This document shows positions 16,819-25,926 of a stretch of DNA of 64,000 bases, one piece after another (within the stretch, counting starts at the first letter, position 1; every line of letters begins with the position of its first letter). Made by a program: the position numbers and the translations under genes. Source of the DNA: Candidatus Pacearchaeota archaeon (lineage in GTDB: Archaea; Nanobdellota; Nanobdellia; Pacearchaeales; GW2011-AR1); contig JAGVWP010000003.1 in assembly GCA_018304985.1 (NCBI GenBank), forward strand, positions 988 to 64,987. Reading direction: 5' to 3'. The notes under the pieces were generated by a model. That model was not told where the DNA came from, made no database searches, and was given only the letters and a program-made list of their open reading frames with translations.

Positions 16819-18912
16819 ATGAGCAAAAAATCATATAAAAGTTTTGAAAATGTAAGAAACAACTTAACTAGCAAGCAGTATGGTTATAATAATAAATCAG
16901 ATAAAATTAATAATAATTTAAATAGCAATAGAAATCATATAAAATCTGAAATTATAGCAACAATTAGATTTAATTCAGTTAGATTAAGTAATAAGGTTAA
17001 GTATAGTAAATTTAAATTAAGTAATAATTCATTAGCTAATAATCCTAAATTAAATTGCGATAATAAAGTTAAGTTAATAGATGTTCATAATGATTCAAGA
17101 TTATCTATGCTCTCATTTATTTTCTTACTATCAACCATAATTATATTTTCAGCTTCCTTTATTTCAGCGCAAGCAACTACAACAGCAGATACTTCTCAAG
17201 TAAGCTATTGCTGCGAGAAAACTTTATCAGGAGCTTACTGCCAAAATGCTCAACTTGAACAATGCGATCCTAATTTTCAGAAAACTCCGACATCATGTGA
17301 ATCAACATCTTACTGCAAGAAAGGATGCTGCTATGACAGCAATGAGGGAATTTGCATGGAAAACACTCCAAGAGAAGCATGCAAAGCAAATAATGGGGCA
17401 TGGAGCGATAGTGCAAGCTGTGAAATTGCGCAATGTAATTTAGGCTGCTGTGTTTTAGGAACTCAAGCAGCTTATGTGCCTTTAGTCAGATGCAAGAAAC
17501 TTTCAGCTTTTTACGGACTGCAGACAGATTTCAGAACAAATATTGCTGATGAACTTTCCTGTATTGCTTTAGCATCTGCGCAGGATTTTGGAGCTTGTGC
17601 GTATGAATCTGAATTCACATCAACATGCAAGATGACCACAAGAGGAGATTGCCAGGCAAACAATCTTGGAAGTGTAAGCAATTCAACATCTGTAAAATTT
17701 TACAAAGATTATTTATGCACTGCAACTGAATTAGGAACTAATTGCCAGCCAACAGAAAAAACAGCATGTGTTGATGGAAAAGATGGAGTTTATTTTTTAG
17801 ACAGCTGTGGAAATGCTGCAAATATTTACAATGCAAATATGGCTTATAGTAAGGGCAAAGGAAATAAAGAAGCAGTTGATTATTGGACTAAAGTTAAAAA
17901 ACCTGAAGAATCATGCAACCCTGATTCAAGCAATGCTGATTCTAATAGTTGTGGAAATTGTGATTATCTGGCAGGAAGCATTTGCAAGAAAGCAGACAGA
18001 GGAAAAAAACCAACCTATGGAAATTATATTTGCAGAGATTTAAATTGTGAAGACACTAGCAATGGCAAAGATTACAAAAACGGAGAATCATGGTGCGTGT
18101 ATGATCAAGGAAAAAAAGATGTGGATAGTGTTGGAAGCAGATACTTTAGGCATTTGTGTTTTTCAGGGGAGGAAATTGTTGAAGCTTGCGAGAATTTCAG
18201 AAATCAGGTTTGTGTTGAATCAAGTATCGGTGAGGGAGAAGATTTTTCACAAGCGGGTTGCGTTGTCAATAGATGGCAGGATTGTGTTTTGCAGAATTCA
18301 AGCACTGATTGTGAGAATAGTGATAAAAGAGATTGTAAATGGGTTTCTTTAGCTATAACTGCAGAACAATTGAAAGAAGAAGTAAAAAGCAGAATTGATG
18401 CAAAAATTAACAAAGTAACTGGAGAAAAAGGAAGATGTGTTCCTAATATTGCTCCCGGATTAGAGTTTTGGGATCTAAGTTCTGAAGCGCAATGCAAACT
18501 GGGAAGCCAGAGTTGTGTTGTTAAATACGAGAAAAAAATAATCGGGCAGAAAAAATGCGTTGAAAATTGTGAGTGCTTGACACAGGCTGCAAAATTAAAA
18601 GCAAATCAAATCTGCAATTCATTAGGAGATTGCGGAGCTAAAATGAATTATATTGGAAAATTTGTAGATGCTGGATATAAAATATCTGTTAACAAAAAAG
18701 GAGAAGAAGAAAAAGAATCTGGGCAAGGAGGAACTGCACAGCCAGGAGCTGCAACAACTCAACAGACACAACCTCCGACAGTGGCAGAAGGACAGACTTT
18801 TGATGGCAGAACAGGAGATACATTTACACAACCTGCTAATGCGGGAACAACTGGAAATGTTATTCAGGGATTGGTAATTAAAACTTATAATAAAATATCG
18901 GGAGCTGACTAA
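16819..18912 (+). CDS. Cys-rich surface protein, module B part 1 (equivalent to the N-terminal two-thirds of the module A giant)
   Basis: The tracked ORF starts at 16747 inside the tRNA. The ATG at 16819 (MSKKSYKSFENV) matches the module A leader. Has a signal-like LSMLSFIFLLSTIIIFSASFISAQA followed by a Cys-rich domain. Confidence 0.65.
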   Translation: MSKKSYKSFENVRNNLTSKQYGYNNKSDKINNNLNSNRNHIKSEIIATIRFNSVRLSNKVKYSKFKLSNNSLANNPKLNCDNKVKLIDVHNDSRLSMLSFIFLLSTIIIFSASFISAQATTTADTSQVSYCCEKTLSGAYCQNAQLEQCDPNFQKTPTSCESTSYCKKGCCYDSNEGICMENTPREACKANNGAWSDSASCEIAQCNLGCCVLGTQAAYVPLVRCKKLSAFYGLQTDFRTNIADELSCIALASAQDFGACAYESEFTSTCKMTTRGDCQANNLGSVSNSTSVKFYKDYLCTATELGTNCQPTEKTACVDGKDGVYFLDSCGNAANIYNANMAYSKGKGNKEAVDYWTKVKKPEESCNPDSSNADSNSCGNCDYLAGSICKKADRGKKPTYGNYICRDLNCEDTSNGKDYKNGESWCVYDQGKKDVDSVGSRYFRHLCFSGEEIVEACENFRNQVCVESSIGEGEDFSQAGCVVNRWQDCVLQNSSTDCENSDKRDCKWVSLAITAEQLKEEVKSRIDAKINKVTGEKGRCVPNIAPGLEFWDLSSEAQCKLGSQSCVVKYEKKIIGQKKCVENCECLTQAAKLKANQICNSLGDCGAKMNYIGKFVDAGYKISVNKKGEEEKESGQGGTAQPGAATTQQTQPPTVAEGQTFDGRTGDTFTQPANAGTTGNVIQGLVIKTYNKISGAD

Positions 18913-18957
18913 AGGAAAGGTTTATAAATAATGTTATAACTATAAAGTAACACTAAA

Positions 18958-19419
18958 ATGAGCTTAACAGATAAAATAAAAGGAAAAATAGGAAAAGGAT
19001 TGGTATCTTTAACAGCATTAGCTGGAGGAATAGGATTAGCGGGATGTGAAACAACTCCTGCTGGATATGCTTTTGGAGCAGCAATGGTAAATACTGCTGT
19101 TGGGTCGGCAATTTCTGGAGAGTTTGATCCAAAGGGAACAAATGTAACTGTGAACATAAATAATTCAGGGATGAGTAATAAGAGAGTTGTTGATAATAGG
19201 GGAGAAACCAAAACAAATATTGGCGGAGTATATCGTCCAGAAAAATGGGATTATGTTTTTTATGAAAGTACACAAGAAGATGGATGTATAGAAGGAATAA
19301 TTGTTCCAAATGTTAGGGGGGGACAAATTTGCATATATGGTACAGTAAAGGGAGTAAATGGGGCTCATTTTATACCTTACAAATATGTTACAAAAGTAAT
19401 AGATAATGAAGGGAATTAA
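18958..19419 (+). CDS. small lipobox-containing protein inserted between the two halves of module B
   Basis: N-terminus LVSLTALAGGIGLAGC contains LAGC, a lipobox-like motif. Confidence 0.45.
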   Translation: MSLTDKIKGKIGKGLVSLTALAGGIGLAGCETTPAGYAFGAAMVNTAVGSAISGEFDPKGTNVTVNINNSGMSNKRVVDNRGETKTNIGGVYRPEKWDYVFYESTQEDGCIEGIIVPNVRGGQICIYGTVKGVNGAHFIPYKYVTKVIDNEGN

Positions 19420-19454
19420 TTATTTAATTAAACAAAAGAGATGAGAAAAAAGAA

Positions 19455-21845
19455 GTGATGAAAGAAAAAAATAAAAAAGAGTTGAGAAAAAAAAGAGAAA
19501 GTATTTTCATAATTTTGAATTTACTAGTTTCAATCTTAGCAATTGCTTTTATGATGGGGTTGGAAAGTGAGGGGGTGAGTGGAGCAGTTATTCCAAAACC
19601 ACAAAGTGCATTGGATGAGTTAGACAAAGCTATTAAAGATCTTAAACAACCAAAATCTCCGGCAACAATAGTTGCTCGTACAGAAGTAGATTTAAAACCC
19701 CTAACCCCTATAAAAGAAAGTGGTCAACTTAGCACTACTACAATTTCTGGAATAGAAACTAAAGTTGCAACAGATGTAGCAGCAACTCATGCAATAATTA
19801 ATGGTAAATATTATGAATTAGATTCTCTTGGCAGGGTTGTTGGAGAAATAGATAAAGCTAGTTTGCCCGCAGGAGCAAATGTAGTGCAAGGTACATCTAC
19901 AACACAAGGACCAGTTCCTCTTGGAACTCAAGTAACAAGTGAAACAGCTACAAAAGGTTACGGAAAACTAGCAAAAATATTAGGAATAAAAAATCCTGTG
20001 ATGGGAAATCTTGTTCAAGGAATTCAATGGTCAGCTGTCGCATATTTTGCAATTCCATTTATCGGAGATCTTCTTGGCTTGGAACCTGAAACAACAAAAG
20101 CATTGCAATATGCTGTAAGTTCTGGATTATTTGCTTATAATGCTGCTGAAGCAGTACAAGCTAGTTCTTTACTAGGAAAAAGTACTGGATTTTTTGCAAG
20201 TTCTAGTTTTCCAGCTATTGCTGGAATCGGCGTCGGCATAGCAGTCTTCATCCTTACATATGAAAAAGTTGAATATAAAACAGTAAGTTTTGAGTGTCTG
20301 CCGTGGGAAGCTCCTGTTGGGGGAAATGACTGCGAGAAATGCAATGATGAAATACAAACATGCTCAAGATATAGGTGCAAGAGTTTAGGGCAGGCTTGTG
20401 AATTAGTTAATGAAGGAACTGATAAAGAATTATGTTATTGGGCAAATCCAAAAGATGTTGCAAGTCCGATGATAACTCCATTGGAAGATGTTTTAACAGA
20501 TGGTTATGAATACACAAATACAAAACCAAGGCCTCCAAGCTGGGGAACAACAATTGTAAAAACAAGAAGCAAAGACGGATGCATTGCTGCTTTCACACCA
20601 ATTAGTTTTGGAATACAAACAAACAAGCCATCACAATGCAAGATTGATTTTAATAGAACAACAATGTATGATGAAATGCCGTTTTATTTTGGAGAATCAA
20701 ATTTATACGATTATAATCATACACAAAGAATGAATCTTCCAAGCCCTGATGCAATCAATTCATTTGCTAAAACAACTGAAAACGAGACAGGAGGATTAAC
20801 AATACAAAATGACGGAAGATATACATTATATGCAAGATGCCGAAGCGGAAACGGATTCTGGAATATTGATGCTTATGAAATAAAATTCTGTGTTGATAAA
20901 GGGCCTGACACAACTCCTCCTCAAATAATTGAAACAAGCATCAGAAATAATCAGCCTGTGCAATTTGAAATTGATAAAGTTCCAATTGTAGTTTATACTA
21001 ATGAGCCTGCTTCGTGCAGATGGAGCAGAACAGACCAGAACTTTAATAAAATGGAAAATAACATGTCGTGTGCAAGCAACCCTATGCAAATGCAGTCAAA
21101 TTTATTATATGCCTGCAGTGGAGAATTGACAAATATTGAAGACAGAAAAGACAATAATTTTTATTTCAGGTGTGAAGACCAGCCATGGAAACCAAAGAAT
21201 GAAAGAATACCAATGACTCAGAGTTATCAATTTACATTAAAAGGCACTCAACCATTAAATATAATTGAAGATTCAGTAAGTCCAAGTAATGAAACAGTGG
21301 AAGGAGCAACAACAACGGTTAATGTTACTCTATACCTAGAAACTGAACACGGATATAAAGATGGTGAGGCAACTTGCTATTATAATTCTGGAAATGAAGA
21401 TAACTATGTAGAATTTTTAGAAACAAATTCATATAAACATGTTCAGAGGCAGGATTTAACAGCAGGAACTTACACTTATTATCTCAAGTGTGTTGATCTT
21501 GGAGGAAATCAAGATACAACATCTACAACATTCGCAGTTTTTGTAGATACAAAAGAACCAAGTGTGGTAAGAGTTTTATTTGATGAAGATAAATTAAAAA
21601 TACAGACAGATGAAGATGCTGACTGTTATTACAGCACAAATGCAAATACCCAATGCAATTATGAATTAACAAATGAAGGAATTAGTTTAATGCCTCACGA
21701 AACTAATGACAATAAAAAAGAACATTTTGCGCCTTGGGATGCAAAAGAAACTTATTATATTAAATGCAAGGATAAAAATGGCAAGCAGCCATCTCCAACT
21801 CAGTGTTCTATAACTGTAAGGCCGACTGAGATAAGTATTATATAG
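19455..21845 (+). CDS. membrane/surface protein, module B part 2 (equivalent to the C-terminal part of the module A giant)
   Basis: Own N-terminal TM IFIILNLLVSILAIAFMMGL. Contains CLPWEAPVGG, CSRYRCKSLGQACELVNEGT, PDTTPP and TDEDADCYYS. GTG at 19455 or ATG at 19458. Confidence 0.65.
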   Translation: MMKEKNKKELRKKRESIFIILNLLVSILAIAFMMGLESEGVSGAVIPKPQSALDELDKAIKDLKQPKSPATIVARTEVDLKPLTPIKESGQLSTTTISGIETKVATDVAATHAIINGKYYELDSLGRVVGEIDKASLPAGANVVQGTSTTQGPVPLGTQVTSETATKGYGKLAKILGIKNPVMGNLVQGIQWSAVAYFAIPFIGDLLGLEPETTKALQYAVSSGLFAYNAAEAVQASSLLGKSTGFFASSSFPAIAGIGVGIAVFILTYEKVEYKTVSFECLPWEAPVGGNDCEKCNDEIQTCSRYRCKSLGQACELVNEGTDKELCYWANPKDVASPMITPLEDVLTDGYEYTNTKPRPPSWGTTIVKTRSKDGCIAAFTPISFGIQTNKPSQCKIDFNRTTMYDEMPFYFGESNLYDYNHTQRMNLPSPDAINSFAKTTENETGGLTIQNDGRYTLYARCRSGNGFWNIDAYEIKFCVDKGPDTTPPQIIETSIRNNQPVQFEIDKVPIVVYTNEPASCRWSRTDQNFNKMENNMSCASNPMQMQSNLLYACSGELTNIEDRKDNNFYFRCEDQPWKPKNERIPMTQSYQFTLKGTQPLNIIEDSVSPSNETVEGATTTVNVTLYLETEHGYKDGEATCYYNSGNEDNYVEFLETNSYKHVQRQDLTAGTYTYYLKCVDLGGNQDTTSTTFAVFVDTKEPSVVRVLFDEDKLKIQTDEDADCYYSTNANTQCNYELTNEGISLMPHETNDNKKEHFAPWDAKETYYIKCKDKNGKQPSPTQCSITVRPTEISII

Positions 21846-21951
21846 TGAGATTATTGTCTTCTGCTTCATCAACTCAGAGTTCGTTGATTACGTAGTTATC
21901 TAATTTTTGAAATATAAGAAAATGATAAATATTAAACTGATAAATTTAGTA

Positions 21952-22006
21952 TATCAAGCGATAAATTATGGATGGGTATGGCATGATTTCAAAATGTTCT
22001 TGAATC
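21952..22006 (-). repeat. family-2 repeat (inverted)
   Basis: Reverse complement reads gattcaagaacattttgaaatcatgccatacccatccataatttatcgcttgat. Confidence 0.55.
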
Positions 22007-22139
22007 TACACAATAGATAAATTTTCATTTGAGAAAATTTATGCCTGATTTATTATACTTATCTACTGATACACTTAATAGCTATAACTATTATATGGTT
22101 TAAGAAAACATTTAATAATCAACTTCTATTTAGTTAATT

Positions 22140-22733
22140 ATGATAAAAATAAAAGACACTAAGGTTTCTTTTATGAAACTTCCTTTTAATAGACCAAGGG
22201 CTTCTTTTATGAAGGTTTCTTTTAATAGAGGGCAGTTTCAAATCAGCTTTGGCATGATTTTTTCTATAATATTAATAGCTGTATTTATTGTTGTGGCAAT
22301 AATTGCAATCAATGCATTCTTAAAAATATCGTGCACTGCATCTAATGGGCAGTTTATCAAAGAATTAAGAGATGATGTTGAAAGGATATGGGCTCAAAGT
22401 GGGCAAGATGTCTTATTTGAATCAAGTTTAGGGAATGGGTTTTCGTGTAAGGTAGAAAAAGTCTGTTTTTTTAATTATGATAAACCTCAAAAAGGCCAGG
22501 CAAATGAAGAATATGAAGATTTTCAGACTTTCGGAACAAACTCTGAAAGTAATTTATATTTCTACCCCCAGAAAAATGCTGACCTTAAATCAGTAAATAT
22601 TGTTTATGTGAATATGCAGGCATTTGATGAAAATCCTTACTGCATAAAAGCAGAAAACGGAAAAATAAGAATGAGGTTAAGCAAGGATCAGTTTGCTGGA
22701 GAAACGCTTGTAAAAATAAAAAGAGATGAGTAA
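22140..22733 (+). CDS. class III signal peptide (pilin-like) protein (probable start 22209 or 22173)
   Basis: MKVSFNRGQFQISFGMIFSIILIAVFIVVAIIAINAF. All candidate ATGs upstream of the hydrophobic segment lie inside the family-1 repeat. Confidence 0.55.
   Translation: MIKIKDTKVSFMKLPFNRPRASFMKVSFNRGQFQISFGMIFSIILIAVFIVVAIIAINAFLKISCTASNGQFIKELRDDVERIWAQSGQDVLFESSLGNGFSCKVEKVCFFNYDKPQKGQANEEYEDFQTFGTNSESNLYFYPQKNADLKSVNIVYVNMQAFDENPYCIKAENGKIRMRLSKDQFAGETLVKIKRDE
22149..22230 (+). repeat. family-1 hairpin repeat, 2 units, overlapping the 5' end of the next gene
   Basis: aaaagacactaaggtttcttttatgaaacttccttttaat / agaccaagggcttcttttatgaaggtttcttttaatagag. Confidence 0.7.
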
Positions 22734-22795
22734 GATTAAAAAAGTTAACCCTACAAAATAGAAAGATTTATAAATATGTAGGTATAACTTATTTT

Positions 22796-23740
22796 ATGTA
22801 TTTTAAAATTAAAAGGATTAAGGGTAAGAAATATAAATATGCAGTTAAAACTATAAGGATGCCTAACGGAAAGGTTATTTCTTTAGAGAAAATATATAAG
22901 GAGAATAGCAAAGAATTAAGTAAATTTTTTGAAAAAAAAGAAAAAGAAAAATATGTAAAATACATGCTTTCAAATATAAGGACAGATCACATATTTACAA
23001 AAGAGCAGGTTGAAAAAATTGAAGAGATAAAGCTAAATTACAAAAAAATTCTTAGACAATTAAATAAATCAAATATTAAGGATATTTTAGACAGGTTTAC
23101 TGCTAATTTTACCTATGAAAGCAATGCTCTTGAAGGCAATTCTCTAACATTAAAAGATGTGGCAATTGTGATGTTTGAAAATGCTTCTATAAAAGGCAAG
23201 GATTTAAGAGAAATTTATGAAACAAGGAATTCTAGAGAAGTTGTTGAATTAATAATGAAGAATAAATTTGATATAAACCATAAAGATATAATAAGAATAC
23301 ATAAGATATTGGTAAAGGATGTTGGAATTAATACAGGTTACAAGAGAATTCCAAATTTTATTCAAGGCAGAGAAAATTTGAAAACAAGCCTTCCAGAAAA
23401 TGTTTACCAAAATATGGATAATTTAATCAAATGGTATCATGATAACAAAAGTAAAATTCATCCTATTAAACTAGCTGCTCTATTTCATGGAAAATTCGAA
23501 CAAATTCATCCATTTGAAGACGGAAATGGCAGGGTTGGAAGGTTTTTGATAAATGTTATTCTTATAAAAAATAAATATCCCCCATTAATAATAAGAAAAT
23601 CACAAAGAATTTCTTATCTAGGGGCGTTAACAAAATTTGATGCTAAATATACAGATAATCTTGAAAGGTTTATTTTAGAGAGATTTAAAGAAACTTACAG
23701 TAAATTTTTTGAGATATATGTTAAGTATCTTAAAGATTAA
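22796..23740 (+). CDS. fic: Fic/DOC family protein (putative AMPylase)
   Basis: Canonical Fic motif HPFEDGNGRVGR. Confidence 0.85.
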   Translation: MYFKIKRIKGKKYKYAVKTIRMPNGKVISLEKIYKENSKELSKFFEKKEKEKYVKYMLSNIRTDHIFTKEQVEKIEEIKLNYKKILRQLNKSNIKDILDRFTANFTYESNALEGNSLTLKDVAIVMFENASIKGKDLREIYETRNSREVVELIMKNKFDINHKDIIRIHKILVKDVGINTGYKRIPNFIQGRENLKTSLPENVYQNMDNLIKWYHDNKSKIHPIKLAALFHGKFEQIHPFEDGNGRVGRFLINVILIKNKYPPLIIRKSQRISYLGALTKFDAKYTDNLERFILERFKETYSKFFEIYVKYLKD

Positions 23741-23802
23741 AAATGTAAAGTATACTGAAATAATTTATATATCATACTTCATTAATTAAATTATAAAGAG
23801 AG

Positions 23803-24804
23803 TTGAAAGTGGTTAAATTAGACAATAAAAAAGCATTAGAAATGAGTTTTGCATGGATTTTTGCAATTATAGTTGGAGCAATAATTATTATAAGCGCTAT
23901 TTATATTGCAGGAAAATTTATTATTCCTGGCGGACAATATAGAGTTAATACAGAAACAGCCAAGCAAATTGCTAATGCCTTTGAACCATTGCAAACAAGT
24001 GTTGAAGAAATCAAATCAGACTCTTTAATCTTTATTAGTGAGACAAAATTATACACTTCTTGCAATTTAAATGAAGAATTTGGAGAAAATAGATTTGAGA
24101 TTTCAGAAAGAAGCGGGTTTAATAAACAATGGACTGAAAGAGGGGGGGATATTGCTTCTAAAAATTATGTTTTTGCTGAAGAGGAAATAGAAACTAAAGA
24201 AGATAAGAGGGTTTATTTCCTTGTTAAACAATTTAAAATGCCGTTTAAAACAGCTGATGTGATTTCAATGTACACTAATAAATATTGCTTTGTTAACACT
24301 CCAGAAAGCATTGAAGAGGAGTTAAATGCCTTGAATTTAAAAGAAAATGGAACAAATATTGAATTGAAAACAGCAGTAAGCAGTTGTGATGAGGATAGTG
24401 TTAAGGTTTGTTTTAACAGTCAAGGTAATTGTGATGTAATTGTTTCGTGCAATGATTTTGAATGTAACAATGGATATGTTAAAAAAGGGAGCAATTATAA
24501 AGAGTATTTTTCAAAGGCTCTTGTGTATGGGGCAATTTTCAGCTCAAAAGAAGACTATGAATGCAATGTTGAAAGAATAATGAAAAGATTAAATGCCTTA
24601 AGTGAACTTTATGCTGATAAAGCTACGTTCATTTCTGGAAAAGGATGCAATACAGGATTAAATGCAGATATCGTAGCTCTTGCTCAGCTAACAAGCAAGT
24701 TTAATATTAAAAAAATTGAATCAGAATTGCCTGTAATTGAAGCACAGGCAATGACAATTGAAGAGAAAAACAAGCCGGAAAATTTAGTTTGCCAGCTTTT
24801 TTAA
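23803..24804 (+). CDS. class III signal peptide (pilin-like) protein, Cys-containing
   Basis: TTG/GTG start. NKKALEMSFAWIFAIIVGAIIIISAIYIA. Multiple Cys in the C-terminal half. Confidence 0.5.
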   Translation: MKVVKLDNKKALEMSFAWIFAIIVGAIIIISAIYIAGKFIIPGGQYRVNTETAKQIANAFEPLQTSVEEIKSDSLIFISETKLYTSCNLNEEFGENRFEISERSGFNKQWTERGGDIASKNYVFAEEEIETKEDKRVYFLVKQFKMPFKTADVISMYTNKYCFVNTPESIEEELNALNLKENGTNIELKTAVSSCDEDSVKVCFNSQGNCDVIVSCNDFECNNGYVKKGSNYKEYFSKALVYGAIFSSKEDYECNVERIMKRLNALSELYADKATFISGKGCNTGLNADIVALAQLTSKFNIKKIESELPVIEAQAMTIEEKNKPENLVCQLF

Positions 24805-24805
24805 T

Positions 24806-24852
24806 AAAGGAAACCAATGGTTTTGCCCTTATCAACCCTTCCTTCAAGGAAA
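24806..24852 (+). repeat. family-1 hairpin repeat unit
   Basis: taaaggaaaccaatggttttgcccttatcaacccttccttcaagg. Confidence 0.65.
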
Positions 24853-24871
24853 CAAAGAGAAAAAAATAAAA

Positions 24872-25396
24872 ATGAATAAAATGACAGTTAAAAATAAAAT
24901 CGGGCAGTTAAAAATACAGCAAATGGCATTTATGCTAGTAGCGGTTTTCCTGTTTTTCTCGCTAGTTTTATTGTTTTATTTTAAAATAAGCCTCGGTGAT
25001 GTTGGAAAAACAGCAAGAGACCTTGAAATACAAAAAGCAGAGGGGATGGTTGAAAAACTTGCTTCAAGTCCAGAATTAATATTTGAAGGCAGGCCAAATA
25101 GCATTGATGCAGATAAGTTAATGGTTTTGAAAAGTGAAAGAAAATTCAAAGAATTATGGGATGTTAATGGAATTATAATTAGGAAAATTTATCCACCAAG
25201 TTTTGAAAAAGAGGTTGAATGCAAGATATCAAACTACCCTGATTGCAATATAATTAAAGTATTTACTGATAAAAATATAGCTCCTGTAAAAGCTTACGTT
25301 GCATTATGCAGAAAACAGAGTAATGAAAATGGAGTTTATGATAAATGCGAACTGGCTGTTTTAATGGTTGACTTAAATGAGGAGGAAGAGAAATAA
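24872..25396 (+). CDS. class III signal peptide (pilin-like) protein
   Basis: KNKIGQLKIQQMAFMLVAVFLFFSLVLLFYF. Confidence 0.5.
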   Translation: MNKMTVKNKIGQLKIQQMAFMLVAVFLFFSLVLLFYFKISLGDVGKTARDLEIQKAEGMVEKLASSPELIFEGRPNSIDADKLMVLKSERKFKELWDVNGIIIRKIYPPSFEKEVECKISNYPDCNIIKVFTDKNIAPVKAYVALCRKQSNENGVYDKCELAVLMVDLNEEEEK

Positions 25397-25398
25397 GA

Positions 25399-25926
25399 AT
25401 GAGAAAGATAATGAATAAAAAAGCGCAGGAAGAAATGGTGGGATTTGCACTAATAATTGTTTTAGTGGCTGTTATTGGCCTGGTTCTTCTGGGTATTATC
25501 CTTAGAACGTCTGGAGGAAGAAGCCAAGAAGCAAGGCAAAGCAGTGAGTTAGATAGTTTTACTAAAAGTGTGGCAAGTTATACAACCGAGTGCGAGATTT
25601 CTGGCAGGGGATTTAGGACAGTAAGTGAATTAACAGGTGATTGCGCTGATAAGGGTGGAAATTGTGATAATGAATTTGCTTTCTGCGAAGTTTTAAGCTC
25701 AACTCTAAAAGGTATACTAAATACAACTTATAATGTGGCAAATAGCAGCAATATTAAGTATTACAAAGCCCAAATTGTAAAAGGTTCTGGCAATTCGGGC
25801 CAGGATATTATCCAGCCAATAATCAATGGGAATACAGAAACATGCAACAATAAATTCTTAAGTGATTATTTTGTAAGCATTAGTTCTGGATTGGCAAGTC
25901 TTAGGTTAGAGGTTTGTTATCGGTAA
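25399..25926 (+). CDS. class III signal peptide (pilin-like) protein
   Basis: NKKAQEEMVGFALIIVLVAVIGLVLLGIIL. Starts 2 nt after the preceding stop. Confidence 0.5.
   Translation: MRKIMNKKAQEEMVGFALIIVLVAVIGLVLLGIILRTSGGRSQEARQSSELDSFTKSVASYTTECEISGRGFRTVSELTGDCADKGGNCDNEFAFCEVLSSTLKGILNTTYNVANSSNIKYYKAQIVKGSGNSGQDIIQPIINGNTETCNNKFLSDYFVSISSGLASLRLEVCYR

Noticed and set aside
11423-17107. The 101-nt near-identical blocks as a template/variable repeat pair of a diversity-generating retroelement
   Set aside because: The four mismatches are G/A, C/T, T/C and G/A transitions, not adenine-specific. The blocks sit at the N-terminal leader rather than a C-terminal variable domain. No reverse transcriptase is present in the window.
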